From NCBI RefSeq assembly GCF_008831285.2, contig NC_045138.2, positions 21,452,001 through 21,516,000 of the forward strand: a stretch of 64,000 bases of DNA. Reading direction: 5' to 3'. The translations under genes and the position numbers were made by a program. A model generated the notes under the pieces. That model was not told the DNA's origin. It was given only the letters and a program-made list of their open reading frames with translations, and made no database searches. Every line of letters begins with the position of its first letter. The stretch's first letter is position 1. Shown piece by piece: positions 38,860 to 53,300 of the stretch. Source of the DNA: Nymphaea colorata. Its lineage: Eukaryota.

Positions 38860-41090
38860 GGTGATGCTTTAGCTGGATCCATTTAGTCAGATCCAAAAAA
38901 ACCAAATGGGATCCAATGCTAATCGTACATTGGGCATGGTTTAGATAATTGATTGACCCGGTTACACGTGAAGTTCGGATCGCACTGACGTTGGATCTGG
39001 ATCCAGACTCTTAGAGTAAGTTTAAAACCCAAACTTGAGAGGGAGAGTTCGAATCCAATTAAAGAAGTAAATACAAATAGTTTGGGCGACCTTTCGGCCA
39101 ATTTTGAGGGCCATTTGTGGAAATGAAATATGATCCGTTGACCGCAAGAAAATTAGGAGTCAACGAAACCTTTTTCTGTGTAACTAATTCAAGGGCACGT
39201 CGGGGTCGTTGACAATCGTATTTTGGATGGATTCATTGTCTTGGGAAAAGTTTTATGTTGGAAAGATTATCCAAGAAAAAGGAGTCCAATTACTTGTTCT
39301 TCGGGTTCGGTGTGTTTGAAAGTTCGGCACCGGAAAGTTCGAAGGACTGGTGAGAGACTCGATTTGCCCACTCCTTAAGTGGTTTGAGTTTTCCAAGCAA
39401 ACGAGGTAGCTTTGACACAAGGCAAAGGTAAGCCTGGGCATTTGGCCGGCCCGGCTTGATAAGGAGTTGGGTCCGAGTTAGCTCGACACCCGAAACTCAG
39501 ACCCGGTTCTGGCCCGAGCATTCAAACCCAAACCTGAGCCTGATCCAATTAAATTAAAAAATATATATATTTAATATAAAATAGTATATAAAAATATCAA
39601 AGGAGGTGGTTTTTATGTAAACTTCCTGGCATCAATATATATATATATATAATTTCTGTCGCTAAAAACACAAAAAATGGTTGCTAAATGCCTTAAAAAA
39701 CTGTAGCCAAACAAAAAAACGTGGCTAATGCATTTTTTGCAATAGTTTTTAGCAACAAAAAATAAATAAATATCCATCGGCCAATTAGAGGTAGCATACT
39801 ATCTTTTACAATTTTTACTTGTTTTCATGTAAAGTTGACCAACAGATATGATCTACCTAAGTCAAACGCTATAAATTCATAAAAAATGGCATTTTTCAAG
39901 TGTGCAACTGTTTAAAGTGCACATCTCTCTCTCTCTCTAAAATATGAATCATCATATTTTGCTTTTCAACACTATGTTGCGTGCAGAGATAACTTTCACA
40001 GTTGAAATTTAAAACTATTTTCCTCGTTTAAAAATATTGACTTAACAGTCAAGCTAAAGCTAGTTGGTTGTTATGCTCTATATATTTTGGTTTCCAAAAA
40101 TGAAGAGGCAAAGTATTTTTTTGCTCTCCTGTATAGGGAAGGACGATAGTGATGCATCATCTTTAAACATGCTCAGTTTAAACAATTTGAGAATCTCAAT
40201 AATGTGGATCTTCAATCCGTTAAAAGGTGTGCTTCGGAACATGCTCAGTTTAAACAATCTGAGAATCTCAATAACGTGGATCTTCACTCCGTGTTACATG
40301 TGAAAAACCGTGGATTTAAGGTCGGACGATTAACATCTTCTAAACTCTTATTTCATTCCCTAATCTTATTTCATCATTAACATCTCCTCAACTCTAGAAA
40401 TGACTCAAATGAAGCCCAAACATTAGATACTCTTGATGACTTCTCCTTCTTACTTTTTATATGACGTTCAAATGACGGAAAGTTGCTAAATCTTCTCCAA
40501 GCATTCAACAAGACTCAAAAGGTTTCAACTCCAAGTCTCAAGCTCAAGAACATGTAGCAGGAAGTTCTCAACATTTAGAGTAAGAGAAAATTAATTCCCA
40601 ATTGGCAAGGAAATACCTCGAAGAGACCGAAACCCCTTCTCCCTTTTTCCCTTACGAATGTTTTAGTCTGGAATATTTGGATGAACAAGAACAAGATATC
40701 TCATGAAAATGGTGAGAAGAGAAGGTTAATAGTCAATAAGATGCCAATAAATGGCTGGTGGGAGTAAGACCCAATTTGGCTTATGCTGCCAATCACACTC
40801 ATTTTCATTGGACTGTTGTGAAACTCGTATTGCATTACATTAAGGCTATTATGGTTTATAAATGTCTTTTGAGACCAACCTCCACCTTCTTCCTTACTGC
40901 CTACTTACAACTTCACTAAGTGGGCAACCCAGTAGACAAGAACTCTGCTGAACATTACCTACCACGGTCTGCTAACCACCAATCTACAATGGCGGCTCAA
41001 CCTAACACTCAAGCCAAGTACCAGGCTCCTGCTACAACTGCTGCCAAAGGTACTATTTCGTGAACATTTTCTCCAGGAGCTGAGATTGCC

Positions 41091-41354
41091 TTTTCATCAC
41101 CACCTCATCTCTTTTGTGGTAATATCAGTGCGACGCATCTACCGGCCAATCTAGACAAACATCAATGCACCAAACACAAGAAGATTGACATTAATTTTAT
41201 TTATGATCATCTTCAACATGGAGATTTCATAGTTCATCATGTTCTTCTGAAGACCAATTTGCTGATATGAAGACCAAACCCCTCTCTTTGAGTTAAGTTT
41301 CGTTTTCTTTGTACTAAACTCAAAAACCCTTCGTTCGTTGAGTTTGTGAGGGGA
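41091..41354 (+). mobile_element. Ty1/copia RNase H C-terminus remnant with PPT
   Basis: Translates PPHLFCGNISATHLPAN..HQCTKH..IDINFIYD.LQHG.FIVHHV and, after a frameshift, SEDQFADMKTKPL (copia CDN.SA..N.V.H.RTKHI.IDYHF...DQLAD.FTKPL), followed by the purine tract GAGGGGA. Decayed sequence probably extends upstream to ~40400. Confidence 0.7.
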
Positions 41355-42606
41355 TATCAAGGGTACACTCAACTGTATCAAGGATAAACACGAGCTGGCT
41401 AAAGACAATAATCAAGGAGATGTTAAAAACTACACAAAACTTTCTGAGGGGTTTGGTGCGCAATGGGGGTTTGTGCAATGGACATGGCAAGGGCTGATAT
41501 GCGGTCAATTTTCTGTTATGATACCCATGGCATCACCTCCTTATGCTATTTTCTGTTATGATACCCATGACATCACCTCCTTATGCTGCAAAAAGTATCA
41601 ATATGTAAATTGAAGCATAGCAAAGACATCACCTAAGGCACTGAAAGCAAGCTTTGTTCCTTGAAGAGATGGAGCGAAAGGGTGGGGGCTTCAACTCTCA
41701 ATTGAATGGTAGGATGAAATATTCTTTCTACTCACTCGAATAAGGCGGAACAATGAGTCAAGCTAGCTCAAGCTCAACTCAAACTCGCTCGTCAAAACTC
41801 ATACTCGGACTCGACTTGTTTATAAATGAGTCGAGCTCGAGTTCATATGCATACTCGAAATGTTAAACATGTTGAGTCAAACTCGACTCATTTAAACTCA
41901 ACTCAGCTAGACTATACAATGAATGTCAAATTATAATAAGTGAATAGTTAAACCAGTAGCAACTAAAAGAGCTTACAAGCCAAACAAATTAAAAGAAACA
42001 AGACATGTTTAAACGAGTTAGATCAGTCGAGTTTTGCGAGTCGAGAGCTCAATCAGAATGATTCTACTTTCTTATCAATCCCTTTTAGTTACATAGGTGA
42101 GACCGACAATTCACAGAAAGCGGACATTAACCAATCCACGAAGCCCGGTGGCCTGGTGAGCAATTCACGAAGTCTGAATGACAAATCACTCCGATGTAAC
42201 TTGTAGGAATAAAGCTTGCTAGTTTACCACACTCGAACATCATAAGAGAGAATCACAATCCGCAAATGCACCAACCAAACAAATGGAAAAATTGGCAACC
42301 AGGCATTAAGGCAACTTTCTCATCCAATGATGCAAATGGAGACTAAAGCATCTTTCCATTTCTGTAGATGCATAATCCAGCTTCATATAAATCTTGTTTG
42401 GGCCTTTTCACATGGTAACAAACAATTAATCAATACACAAATTTCAGAACAATTGGAGAATGTAGCAGAAGATCAGAGGACAGCAGGAAACATACATGGA
42501 GCCAGACAAACAGGAATATAAAAGAAGAGAAAAAAGAAAAAAGAAAGGAAGCTTGTGTTACAAAGAAAGAATCAAGGTGACTATTAGCACTGATATCCAA
42601 TTAAAA

Positions 42607-45600
42607 TCAACAAGATGGGCCTCCGGATGTTCCGGACGATTCAGCTACATTGTCTGATCTTGATGCTGTTGCCAAATTCATTTCAACCAATTTCCCCTTA
42701 TCTGCTCCCCCATTCACAATTTTGTTAAGTCTCCTCAACCATATTTCATAATCTACAGGGTATGGAGTGCCACAGAGGCTGTCAACATAGTCAGCAAAGG
42801 CTTTCAGCAATGCTGAAACCTCACCCAGCTGTTGCTGTATCGATCTCTTTGCCCAGCATTTCTCCCTCCACTGCAATGCTGATTCTATGGAATCCTGTTG
42901 TTGCATCAGACCACCACACACAAAATAGAGGAGGTAGACAAGGCTTTCAGCATCTGATGCAGGACACAGTTTTCCTTGCTGCAGAGCATGAGTGGAAGAA
43001 AACTGCAAGTTCACAGCTGGGCTATCCCTGTCATCCAGGACTGCATGCCCCCAAGATACAGGTACATAACGACATTCACTAGAATCATGAACTCGTAAAA
43101 TATTTTCTGGACAGATGTCACCATGCTGGATGTTAGCTAATGCAGCACTTCTTAGTGCAGAGAGGCAATCTCTACAGCAGCGCAGAGCTTCCTCAGAGGC
43201 AAATGGGCCATCACGTGCAACAATAGATGAAAGCGGCTCACCCACAGGAAATGTAACGAGAACTGGAGTTCCACACCAGGGATGATCACACCGACTACTG
43301 GGATCCTGCTTCTGGCATGGACCAGGATGTACAATGCGACCAGAAGCAACAATCTCTGGCAAGAATTTACTTGATACGCCCTGCTGCTTCATGATATTCA
43401 AGACCTTAGTCTGACGCTGAACTTGATACCACAGGCTCATGTCCTCCCATGAAGGCTTCAGCCGTGATGGATGTGAACCTACATAGACAGTTAACAGTTC
43501 ACCTGGATGTTCTAGACAAATGGCACTATAAGACAAACAATTCCCACTGATCAGAATCTCCTGTATCTGGAAACTTTTCTGGCCCTGAAGATCTTCCAAT
43601 ACCATAATATCCCCAGGGTTGAGCTTTAATCTTGCTATTTTCTTCTCAAAGCTGTGCATCTCTTCACATTCAAGTTCCACAATTTCTCCTGACTGGGCAT
43701 GTTGTCGTTCATAAGTCGATGTGTCAACAATCTCAGGCACTTGGTACTCAAACCTACGTTTCTCGAGGCGAAGGTTATGATCAGCAACTAAGGTGGCAAC
43801 AGATTTCTTTGGTGGTCCTTTGAACTGGACAATTGAATAAAATGTTGCCAGAATCAACTGCAAGGTCCCAAGATCCCCCCAATTAGGATTCCCGAACTTA
43901 TTCCAAATGAGATCAACAGGAGACACATTGACTTCAGCATGGTTTTTAATCCATTCTGCAATGGATTTGTAGGGGTTGCTTGTATTAATTTCTAGGTTAC
44001 TAAGTTCACCCCCAACTTTTATCACCCCTCCAAATTTTGGATCCAGTACCAGAAAATAAACAGTGTTACTGCTCGTAGTGTCAAATTTGCTCAAACTCCT
44101 TGAAAGGATCACATGAAATCCATAAAATAAGGCTTCAGCTATAGTAGAGGCTGAAAACCCCAGCTCCACTCCCTGTGCAACATCAGATTTGAACAGTGCA
44201 AGTTCCACCACCTGATCCCAGTGGGCCTCTGAACTTTTACCAGTTTTAGCTATTAAAGCTGCTCCAGATAATGAACCAATTCTTCCTCTTGAAGCTGCCT
44301 TCTCAACAGTATAGAGTTTTGATCCAGGGTATCGTGGACAACATACAAAAAATGGCAATGGGCCACTTTTACTCCAAAAGGTCCGCCACAGACCATCAGC
44401 AATTGCATGAAGGAAATCTTCTAAAGCAAGAAGTTTGTCTTCCTTCAGTTCATCAGATGCATAAGCTGTACAAGGCATTCTGAATAGTTGTTGAAACACA
44501 ACTCCCTCCAATGCATAATCAAGCTTTTGCAGCTCATCAACCAGAAAAGGGGCTTTGAACAACAAATCATTATCAATAGGATTGGTGCCGGTTCTCTCAT
44601 GAATCCAGTCCTCAATATTGGGTACAAATAATTCAACGTTAATGACTTTCTTTGCATATTCTTTAAGAGCCTTGAACACTCTTCTGGATGAAGGAACAAA
44701 CTTACTAGTGCTTGAGTCCACTGACTTGCTTGGTGAAACAACTGCACCATAAAAAAATCATATTTAAAACAATCATATTTATTTTCAGAATTACCAAGAT
44801 CTAACCATTGCATGATATGTGCATGTTGATGGACAATGAAAGTGATGCTCTCATATTTACAATGATTAAAACAAAGGGGAGCTACATGGGATCATTACGA
44901 CTATTTGCATTCTGCACAATAAACATTGGTAGATGGACAAATGTTGGCTACCAAAGAGACCTGAATTCTATAATTGAACTCTTACTTCCACGTGTCCTTC
45001 CAGAAAATTCTTCATGCCCAAATAATCTATCTTGATATGCATCTTTGTGTGTGTTAAACGATGCCACTAGCATGTGCTAATAGATGAATGGAAGGAATAC
45101 TAACCGGACTCGGACCTTCTAAAACTCCCATCCAAATATTGTGCAGGGGATGAGTCTAAATTTCTTGATCGGAACCCTACAAAAATGCAGATAATCAGGT
45201 AATTTTCACTATACAATATAAACTTCAAGCTAAGAAGTAAGAACCTGCTATCAGATAAAATGAACCTACTTTTGGGAAGCTTAAACTCCAATAAAAAACA
45301 GCCAACATTAGACATCTTGAATTTTAGCAGATGAACATTATTAATATAGACATGTAAATATTCAGAAGGAGAAGAATAATTAATACCAATAGTATAGTTG
45401 TTATAAAGAAATCTTACAGTTTGATGCATACTTGTTGAGTTGTTTAACTAGCCAAGTAGGATACAGTTCATTTAATATCCATTTGTTTCCCTCAACATAT
45501 TAATTCTTGGTTACTAGCGTTCATTCAGAATGTGGCCTGAACAAAAAATAAGCTGCTTCAGTGCTTCTGTACAAGGAAAGATAATTCATTAGAGCTTCTG

Positions 45601-48034
45601 TAAGTGGCATTTGCTTTCCTCCATCCGGAAGACCACAAGCTCCACCAGCTGCCTTTCTCTGACGCAGGTCTCCGGTTTAGCACATGCTGCTCCATGAGAT
45701 TCCGTTCTCTCCCAAGAATAAAAAGAGCAAGAAGACAATCTCATTAGGACAGCCAGCCCAATCCGCATCCATGTATCGGTCTCAGAGTGAACTAGGGTTT
45801 TTTGGGTTCCGCCGAGCTTGCGAGACTCGACGATGTTGAACTGGCAGCCAGGTTCTCAGACGCTTTGGCGTCTATCAAATCGAAGAAGTTCTGCACGGAG
45901 ATGACCGGCATCAACATCAGTGGCCCTCTGACCTCCGCAATACACCGAGCAAGGCTTACAAAATGAGAATTGGCTCGTCTGGATTGAATGGAACCCTCAT
46001 TTTCAGAATCGCAGTCCATGAGTCTACCTCTCGCTTCCATGAGACTTTGGAGATCATATTACCAGCCAAGATGAAAGTACCCGGCTCCTATGAGTTCCCA
46101 CCCTTTTAGGAACTCCGTGGGCTCGCTGCTAACAGAGACTAGGAAAAACTATGCTGCCTCTAACCTGCTAACAGCACCATACACACGCGGCTGATGTACT
46201 GGCCCTCGCATCGATCTGACCTCCGCTGCCTGCCCGCGCGCGGATCAACTCAAAAGAAATGCAGCTAGCTCGCCAACCAACTGTTAATGTTTGAGCTTGT
46301 TGGCTTGCTTCATTTTTCTTTATACACTGCCTGAATTTACTGACTTGGTAGCCAGCCTCAAACGTATCCGGATGGATAGAGACGGATCCCTTTACATACA
46401 TAGCCCCCACCCCCCAGATACATACTTTTCCTCTTTTATCCCGCCCTTCCCGGAGATTTCTTTCAAAATCATTCATCATGGAACTGATGATCCGAAGGGG
46501 CGCTTGTTCTGGATCCTAAGATCCCTCTTTTTGAAGTCAAGTCATTCATTATCAGACAGTTGGGTGACTTTTCCATAATGAGTCTTGACCTTTCAATCAA
46601 GTCCTGGCCTGTTTTGGTATGGTAAGTACTCATTGTTGATGGTCAGTCTGAATGGCATATAATGACAATGAGTTCTGACTTTTCCTCAAGAATTCTCATT
46701 AGTCCTGACCTTTCAAGAGAGTCCTGACCTTTATTATAGCAACTACTATAACTTATATAGATTATGATGAAAATACTTTTCTCCATATCTCTAAATCTTT
46801 TCCCCTCTCAATAGTCAATACAGAAGCGAAAGGTTCCATTGCAGACCAATTAATCAAGATCTTTACCAACCAGATGTAAAAGAGCTAAAATATGAATGCT
46901 AACTAGAAACCAGACAATTGAAGGGAACAATCTTCTTTAAAATAATGAATACATAATCAAGCCACAAGAATATGCTTAAAGAGTTAGGCCTCTTTAACAA
47001 GGAATGAGGCTCATACCCCTTCCCTAAGACGCTACATGAAGTAGGGCTCTTTATAAGAGACCACACCCTTTTAGAGACAAAAAATGATAAATGGTATCTG
47101 TAATCTAAGTCACACGAACGCTGCAAAATGACTGCCGCACCCGTGTCAACACGACTCGGGTGTGGGAGCGGAGACGGGTGCGGCCCGGATTCACACCCAG
47201 CACAAGTGTTTGGTGCGGCTGACCGCAGCTGATCATTTTCGTCCATTTTGGACACGCACCCGACTCGCATTTGACTCGAGTCGGGTGCGGTCAAACCATG
47301 TCAAGCCTGATGTTGTCCTTTTTTGATATTTTTTATTTTAAAAATTTTTAACATTAAAAGAGAATTTAGGGCACGATCATATACGCTCTTCCTCTCCTCC
47401 CATGCGCCCCTCCTTTGTGTGGGTTTTGCTGGTTTCATTGAAGCATCCGGTGGAATGGAAGGTCATTTCCGACAACTGAGGGGGTCGAACAACGGCCGAC
47501 AGCGACGTGCGATGGGTCTTTTGAGTGGAACAGAAGACTTCTCAGTTCTCTGCCCTATTTCAGTAGTATTGTCGTATGCATCTTTTTCAACCGTATTTCT
47601 GGCAAACAGCTGTTTTTCCATCAGTCTCTGGCTTGATTCTGCCATCTGCACTTCCTCATTGCACTCTTGAGTTTGTATTTCATTTTGCTATGTCACCGAT
47701 TCAACTAACGACTCATAGCACAAGTGCCTCCATTTTTTTGTTTTATACCTACATCAGTAAATGTTCATATTTGACTGTCAGTTTTGTGTTTTGCTGCAAC
47801 CACTGCTATCTCTTGTTTAGCATTTTTTTTTTCATTTCTGTGTTCTGTCCTGTTTTTGTTGTTTTTTGTTTATGTGTGAACTTTGTAAACATGTTAATGC
47901 TTAATATGTTACATTCATATACACAATACATTATAACTTATAAGTATGTAATATATAATATTCACATATTGTGTACCCATAGTGTAGCGTAGAGTGTATA
48001 GACAATAGTGTATACTCTTAATTTCTTAATTCTT

Positions 48035-48077
<43 letters not shown>

Positions 48078-48578
48078 CTTATACTAATTAATAATAACAA
48101 TACATACTCTCGCCGCACCACTGCACCTAAATTTTTTGGGATGTGCTGCTCCGGCACCCGCACCTATGTGACATAGACTGTAATCAATAGTAACGACAAA
48201 GGACACAATGTGCTGCCCTAGTTGCCAATGTACGTTCATTTTTCAACATATTTACTTTTAAATCCCCTAAAAATACATAAAAAATGCTTCATCTATAATG
48301 CTAAAAAGTTACACACAAAAAAGTCAAACTTATCCATTTTCATGTTCAAAGTTGTATCAAGATAATTAAAAAAAAAAGAGCCTCCTGCATCCTCCATCAA
48401 AATGGAAAAGCAAAAGGACAAAGGTAGACTGCTTTTCATCAAAATTATTTGTTGTTTTCTCTTTAACAGCTTCTGTTCTTCTTGTATGCATTGATGCATT
48501 TCTTTGTTTGATATAACATTGCCAACACATGTTTGCCCTCTCACCCAAAAGCTTATTTAGCTAGTGCTTTTGTGGAAT

Positions 48579-48637
<59 letters not shown>

Positions 48638-50359
48638 TAAACACAAATTTAATGTCAATTGTTAAGAAATGCTGAGTAAAATTAATATTTGCAACAGTCG
48701 TCACTGCTTGAAATGATCATGTATAAGGACTTCATTGGCCCTCTAAGTGGCTGTCAACTTGAAATATGCAATTTTGTTGGAATCCTTGATGCACCAAGTA
48801 CGACAAACTAGGCAAGTCACCAAGGTTAGATGTCACGTCAAAAATAGAAAAGAAAAATCAAGAGGAAGAGAAAACATCGGCTTCTTAAGAGGAAGAGATA
48901 ATGAAACTCATATCATCTCATTCTCATCCACAATTTTTGAAAAAGAAAAGGTCACATGTAACTTTAAAAACCTTGAAGATTGAAACAGGATGCAGAAAAC
49001 CATAAAAACTGACAATTTTCATCTGCCAAATGAACAGATAAATCTACGATCCACAAGCAGGATGATTTGAGTGATTGCATGGCATTGGAATAGTTATTAC
49101 TATAGGAGCGAAAGGAACCTCACAATTCTTTGAGAACTCATCTTAACTCTTACACCACTAAAGACCAAAAAGTACTGAAGTACAAAAACTGCCCGCTTGA
49201 GAATTCCCTCCTAAAGCGATAAAAATTTTAAAAAGGATACCCCAAAATAAGAATGATAAGGTGGCCACCAAATACTGGGGCAAAACATTTAATCGTTCTG
49301 TGCAATTTAAGAGTTTCAAGCCTAAAATTTAAGTAAAATCTTGACATGGCACAATGCCCTTTTGGAATGTTTGCATCAAAAGTTCAAGCAATATTTGTAA
49401 AGAACGTACCAAAATCATGGGATTTTCTATTTAGACATCGGAATGATTTTGTATCCGTGAAAGGTCCACCTAACGTGTCATTTTCAAGATGGTCTGACAG
49501 TGAAAATTTCAGCAACAAGTGTGAATTATTAGCACAAATACAAAAGCGACTGGAAAAGAAGTCCACAATGCAACCTGGTGAATTTGTTTCTCCAACGTGT
49601 AAGAGTACCAAATCATGTTCAACCAATGTAATAAGTAAACAGGTTCGACTAGCACCACTTGTGTTGTTCAAAATAGCAGTTTAGCTTGCGTCTATAAAGG
49701 CGTTACAAAGTCTATTTGAGTTTCATTCAAACAACTTATACATCCTCTTGTATGATCAGTTAACCCCATTTAAAAAGGATCCATCAACTATGCACAGTGG
49801 TGTCAGTAAGGCCCCAAAAGCGCTCCAGACATAAAAAGAAACTTGTCTACAGTGGTCGGGTAAAAGGAATGAAGATGTAAACTTCAATACAAGAGATGTG
49901 CATCTCCAGCCAGAGTGGGGAGTGCTCTGGACTTGTACACCGAAAGGAGAAACAACAGGGTTTTATTAACATCTTATGACCACCTATTCGGCAATTCCAG
50001 CGTTTTCCATAAAGGCCAAAAGAACGGAACAGGCGCTAAGCAAGGCCGTAATATGACTTCGGCAACCACTCGTCCCCTCCCCATCGTCTCACAGTCTCTC
50101 CCTACAGAGTGACGATTTTCACCTCATTTGGTCACGAGAAGAGTTACCATCAGGACGCTCTAGAATTGGGTCAGTAAGGTTGTCTTCGCTTTTGAACAAG
50201 AAGCAGCGTCCACCCACAAAACATTTAAACCAGTAGAAGCAGAAAAGAATGACGACATGAAAGTCGCAAGACAATGAAAGGAACAACAGATCAAAATTGG
50301 AACCAAACGATAACGAAACTAGAACCAAGCGGGAGGGGGGAAAGCTCACCTAATTTCAT
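42607..50359 (-). CDS. Uncharacterised plant protein with C-terminal atypical protein-kinase-like domain, 3 coding exons, 738 aa
   Basis: Exons 50359-50350 (ATGAAATTAG|gtgag), 45176-45105 and 44741-42607 splice in frame: MKLG|FRSRNLDSSPAQYLDGSFRRSES|VVSPS... The last exon is a 2.1-kb open frame containing IQHGDICPENIL (kinase catalytic-loop-like) and SDAESLVY (subdomain IX-like). Confidence 0.85.
47105..48176. mobile_element. Full-length non-autonomous hAT element in intron 1 of the kinase-like gene
   Basis: TIRs CTAAGTCAC ... GTGACATAG; 8-bp TSD TCTGTAAT (47097-47104) / ACTGTAAT (48177-48184); subterminal GGGTGCGG/CGCACC repeats; second copy at 13941-14556. Confidence 0.85.
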
Positions 50360-53300
50360 GCTTGAACCTCGATCAAGAAACAAGACCGTTCCAAACCCTA
50401 AACATCAGAGCTCTGGTTTACTGAGAGCCAACGTAGAACAGAAAGAACCGCGCCAATCATATTGAAATGGATCTCAATCGGGCGCCATCGAGCATCTCTC
50501 CCACTATTTGTCTTCTTTCTCTCAGCTTCTCAACTGACCAGAAAGATGGGAAGTGAGTCGCTGCTCCCTCTCCCAATGTCCCTCTTGTCTGTCTCTATCT
50601 TTGTGTCTGAAAATGGCAAGTGGGAAGAGGAGGAGAAGCTCAAAAGAACGAGAGCATGGTGGACAAAAGCTGGACACGTCCCCTTCTCCTGCTCCCTCTC
50701 CGATGCAACTGTTACCGCTGCTGCCGTTGGCCGCTTCCTCCTACCACTATGACCACCACCACCACCACCCACACGCCGTCGCTTTTTCCCTCCCTCCCAC
50801 GGTTCTCATCATTTATTTATTCACTTCTTTTTCCTCTCTGCCCGCCCGTGCCTCCTCTCCCTCTCTCACAGCTCGACCGTCAAAGCACAGAGAAAGGGGA
50901 AGAGAGTCAGACTTCATCCTTCTTTTCGACTGCATATTTTTTTAAAGAAGTTTCCTTTTTCTTAACGGCCGTTCACCTTTCACCAAAATAACAAAAACGA
51001 GCTTCAAACTTTTAGTCCCATTCTTCTTTTTACTGATTTGTTAAATAAGGACTTCTTCTTGCATTAAGGTTGCATTTTGAGAAATCTTTTTTATTTGTGT
51101 TTTAATTAAGGATGTCAATAGTTTGGATTTTAAATTTATATTACATGTTAAAATAATTTATGGTTTAAAGGTTGAATGAGGGATCTGATTTTAAATTTAG
51201 AAACAAAATAAGATTTTCAATGAAACAAACACAACCCGAAGATCTTAAAGAGTTTTCAAACTGACAAAAACGGTTCATACTCAATGAGTTCCAAACTCAA
51301 CACCAACCCCTTAATTGCCATGTATGTTACTCGTTTACAATCAAGCAACCAAAAAACTTTAAAAACATAAGAATATAATATTAGAAATTTTAAACCCACG
51401 GGTGGAACAATCGTGTGCCCTTTCATAACTTCTTTAATATAAAAAAAATTAATTATTATCAATAAAGTGAGAGGGTTGTATTTTCCCTTTTTCTAGAAAA
51501 ATATTTACGAAGGAAAGGTGACGTGCATTCTTTTTTTCTTTTTGGCCCCGTTTTTTAAAGCAGCCACCAGGTGTGTATCAGCAAAATCGAAAAGATAAGG
51601 CACTTTAAGGAATTGACACGTAAAAGTTGGAGGTATTATGTAATTTAGTTTTTAACTTTAAATGCCGGAATCGCCAGCGTTAAAGCCGAAAACCATAACA
51701 ACTTCCGAAGAGTAATGATTGCGTGCGCACGCCCCTCACGTAAACCTCGAAATTTGGAGACAAGTGATTAGATTTGTTCTAAGCTTCTTTTCTTCGGATT
51801 AATCTTCTTTTTTAACCTTTTAATCAAAATATTAATAATTAGAAGTACCATACTTTTATTATTAAGAACAATCTTTCTTTATATACTTTTTTCAAAAAAA
51901 AAACAAAAGTTAGTCTTCGCCCATTAGTATTGTCAATTTTGCAATCGATGTTCTTTCTTTTTCGCATTTCGTCATCCATACACGCATCAAAGTTGTTTTA
52001 TTTAAGAAATACTTTATAAAAATATATATATACCTCATGATAAGGTGGCCCATACGTGGCAATAGGTAGGAGATATTCTTTTAACTGTATTTATTTTTTT
52101 ATATTTATATATTTGGATTTGGATTCAAAAAAAAAAAGTCATACTCGAATCTGAATTTTTAATTTCAAATCTAGTTTTTATATTTATATTTGAATCTGAA
52201 TCCGTATTTAAACTGAATTTGATCATTTTTTAGAATAGTTGAGGACCTCAAATTCCCCTACATTTTCAGATAAGCACATCACTTTTTTGAAATAACTTAT
52301 TTGTCATGGGATTGCACGGGAAAACGTGAAAATACCTCTCCTCTAACACCAAAGTGGCTCTCATATTTTTTTTTCTTGTAATTTTCATCACTTAATATTA
52401 CTAAAAGATCGAGTTATTCTCTCTTTTTTTTTTTTTTCCTTCGGTCAGTTAAAACCAACAAAAACTCAATAGTAATATTAATAAGTCGTTGGTTCGAGTC
52501 TCTATACTGCAAAAATAAATGACAACAATCTTCGGCTTTTACTGAAATGACGACTTCTCGTCCCAAAAAATAAATGGTAAGAAGGAGGATAATTTTGTGA
52601 ACACTGCATGGAGTTAGGTAGGGTCTTTAATATTGAAAAGTTCCAATCTAATACCTTTATAAAGGATCTTAAACAATGATCAAATCAAGTATACCTACTA
52701 CTCGAAAGGAAGTTATAAAACAACTAAAAATAACGAGAGAAATGGTAGTGGGCGGTAGGGTGAAGAATAACAATTTCACCCTCTATTTCTTAATAAAATG
52801 AAATTGGCGGCTAACTGAACTCCTGTTTTCAAATCACGGGTGGGTGGTCGCTGTTGACGAGTGCAATAGCCAAAGCTAGGAACAATGCTGTCAGCCTCAA
52901 GTTTAATGCACTTGAATCGATTTGGTGGCTGATTGGAGGGTGTCATCTTTTTTCGCTTTTACTTATTTTTATGTTATTTTAGTATTTTCCAATGATCAAA
53001 ATATTTTATTTGATTTTTTTTTATTCACTGAATCTGCTAATTCACCAAATGAGCAGCTATCGATGTCTAGGAATTTAAATGACTCTAGATTTAGATCGAT
53101 TAAAACAAAGTTTGAAATTAAATTGAGTTCGCAAAAAAGTGTAGATGCTAAGCATAAGCGTGGGTTACTCGATACCCGACTCGATTAAGGCTCAGGTACT
53201 GCACGTAGGCCACGACCCGGTCGGGTATTAGTTATAATCAGCGGCCCGATTAGCCTGACAATTTTTTTTAGGTAAGAATTAGGGTTTTGACTTCAAGCAG

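Noticed and set aside
45640..46500. GC-richer intronic block with 82-103-aa ORFs (similar blocks at ~16600-16860, ~17740-18060, ~59640-59900)
   Set aside because: Probably decayed LINE fragments, but motifs are too eroded to call with support.
46570..46740. Repeated AGTC(C/T)TGACCTTT motifs as a TAS3 tasiR-ARF locus or CRISPR-like array
   Set aside because: Does not match TTCTTGACCTTGTAAG, no miR390 sites seen, spacing irregular, and the context is a eukaryotic intron.
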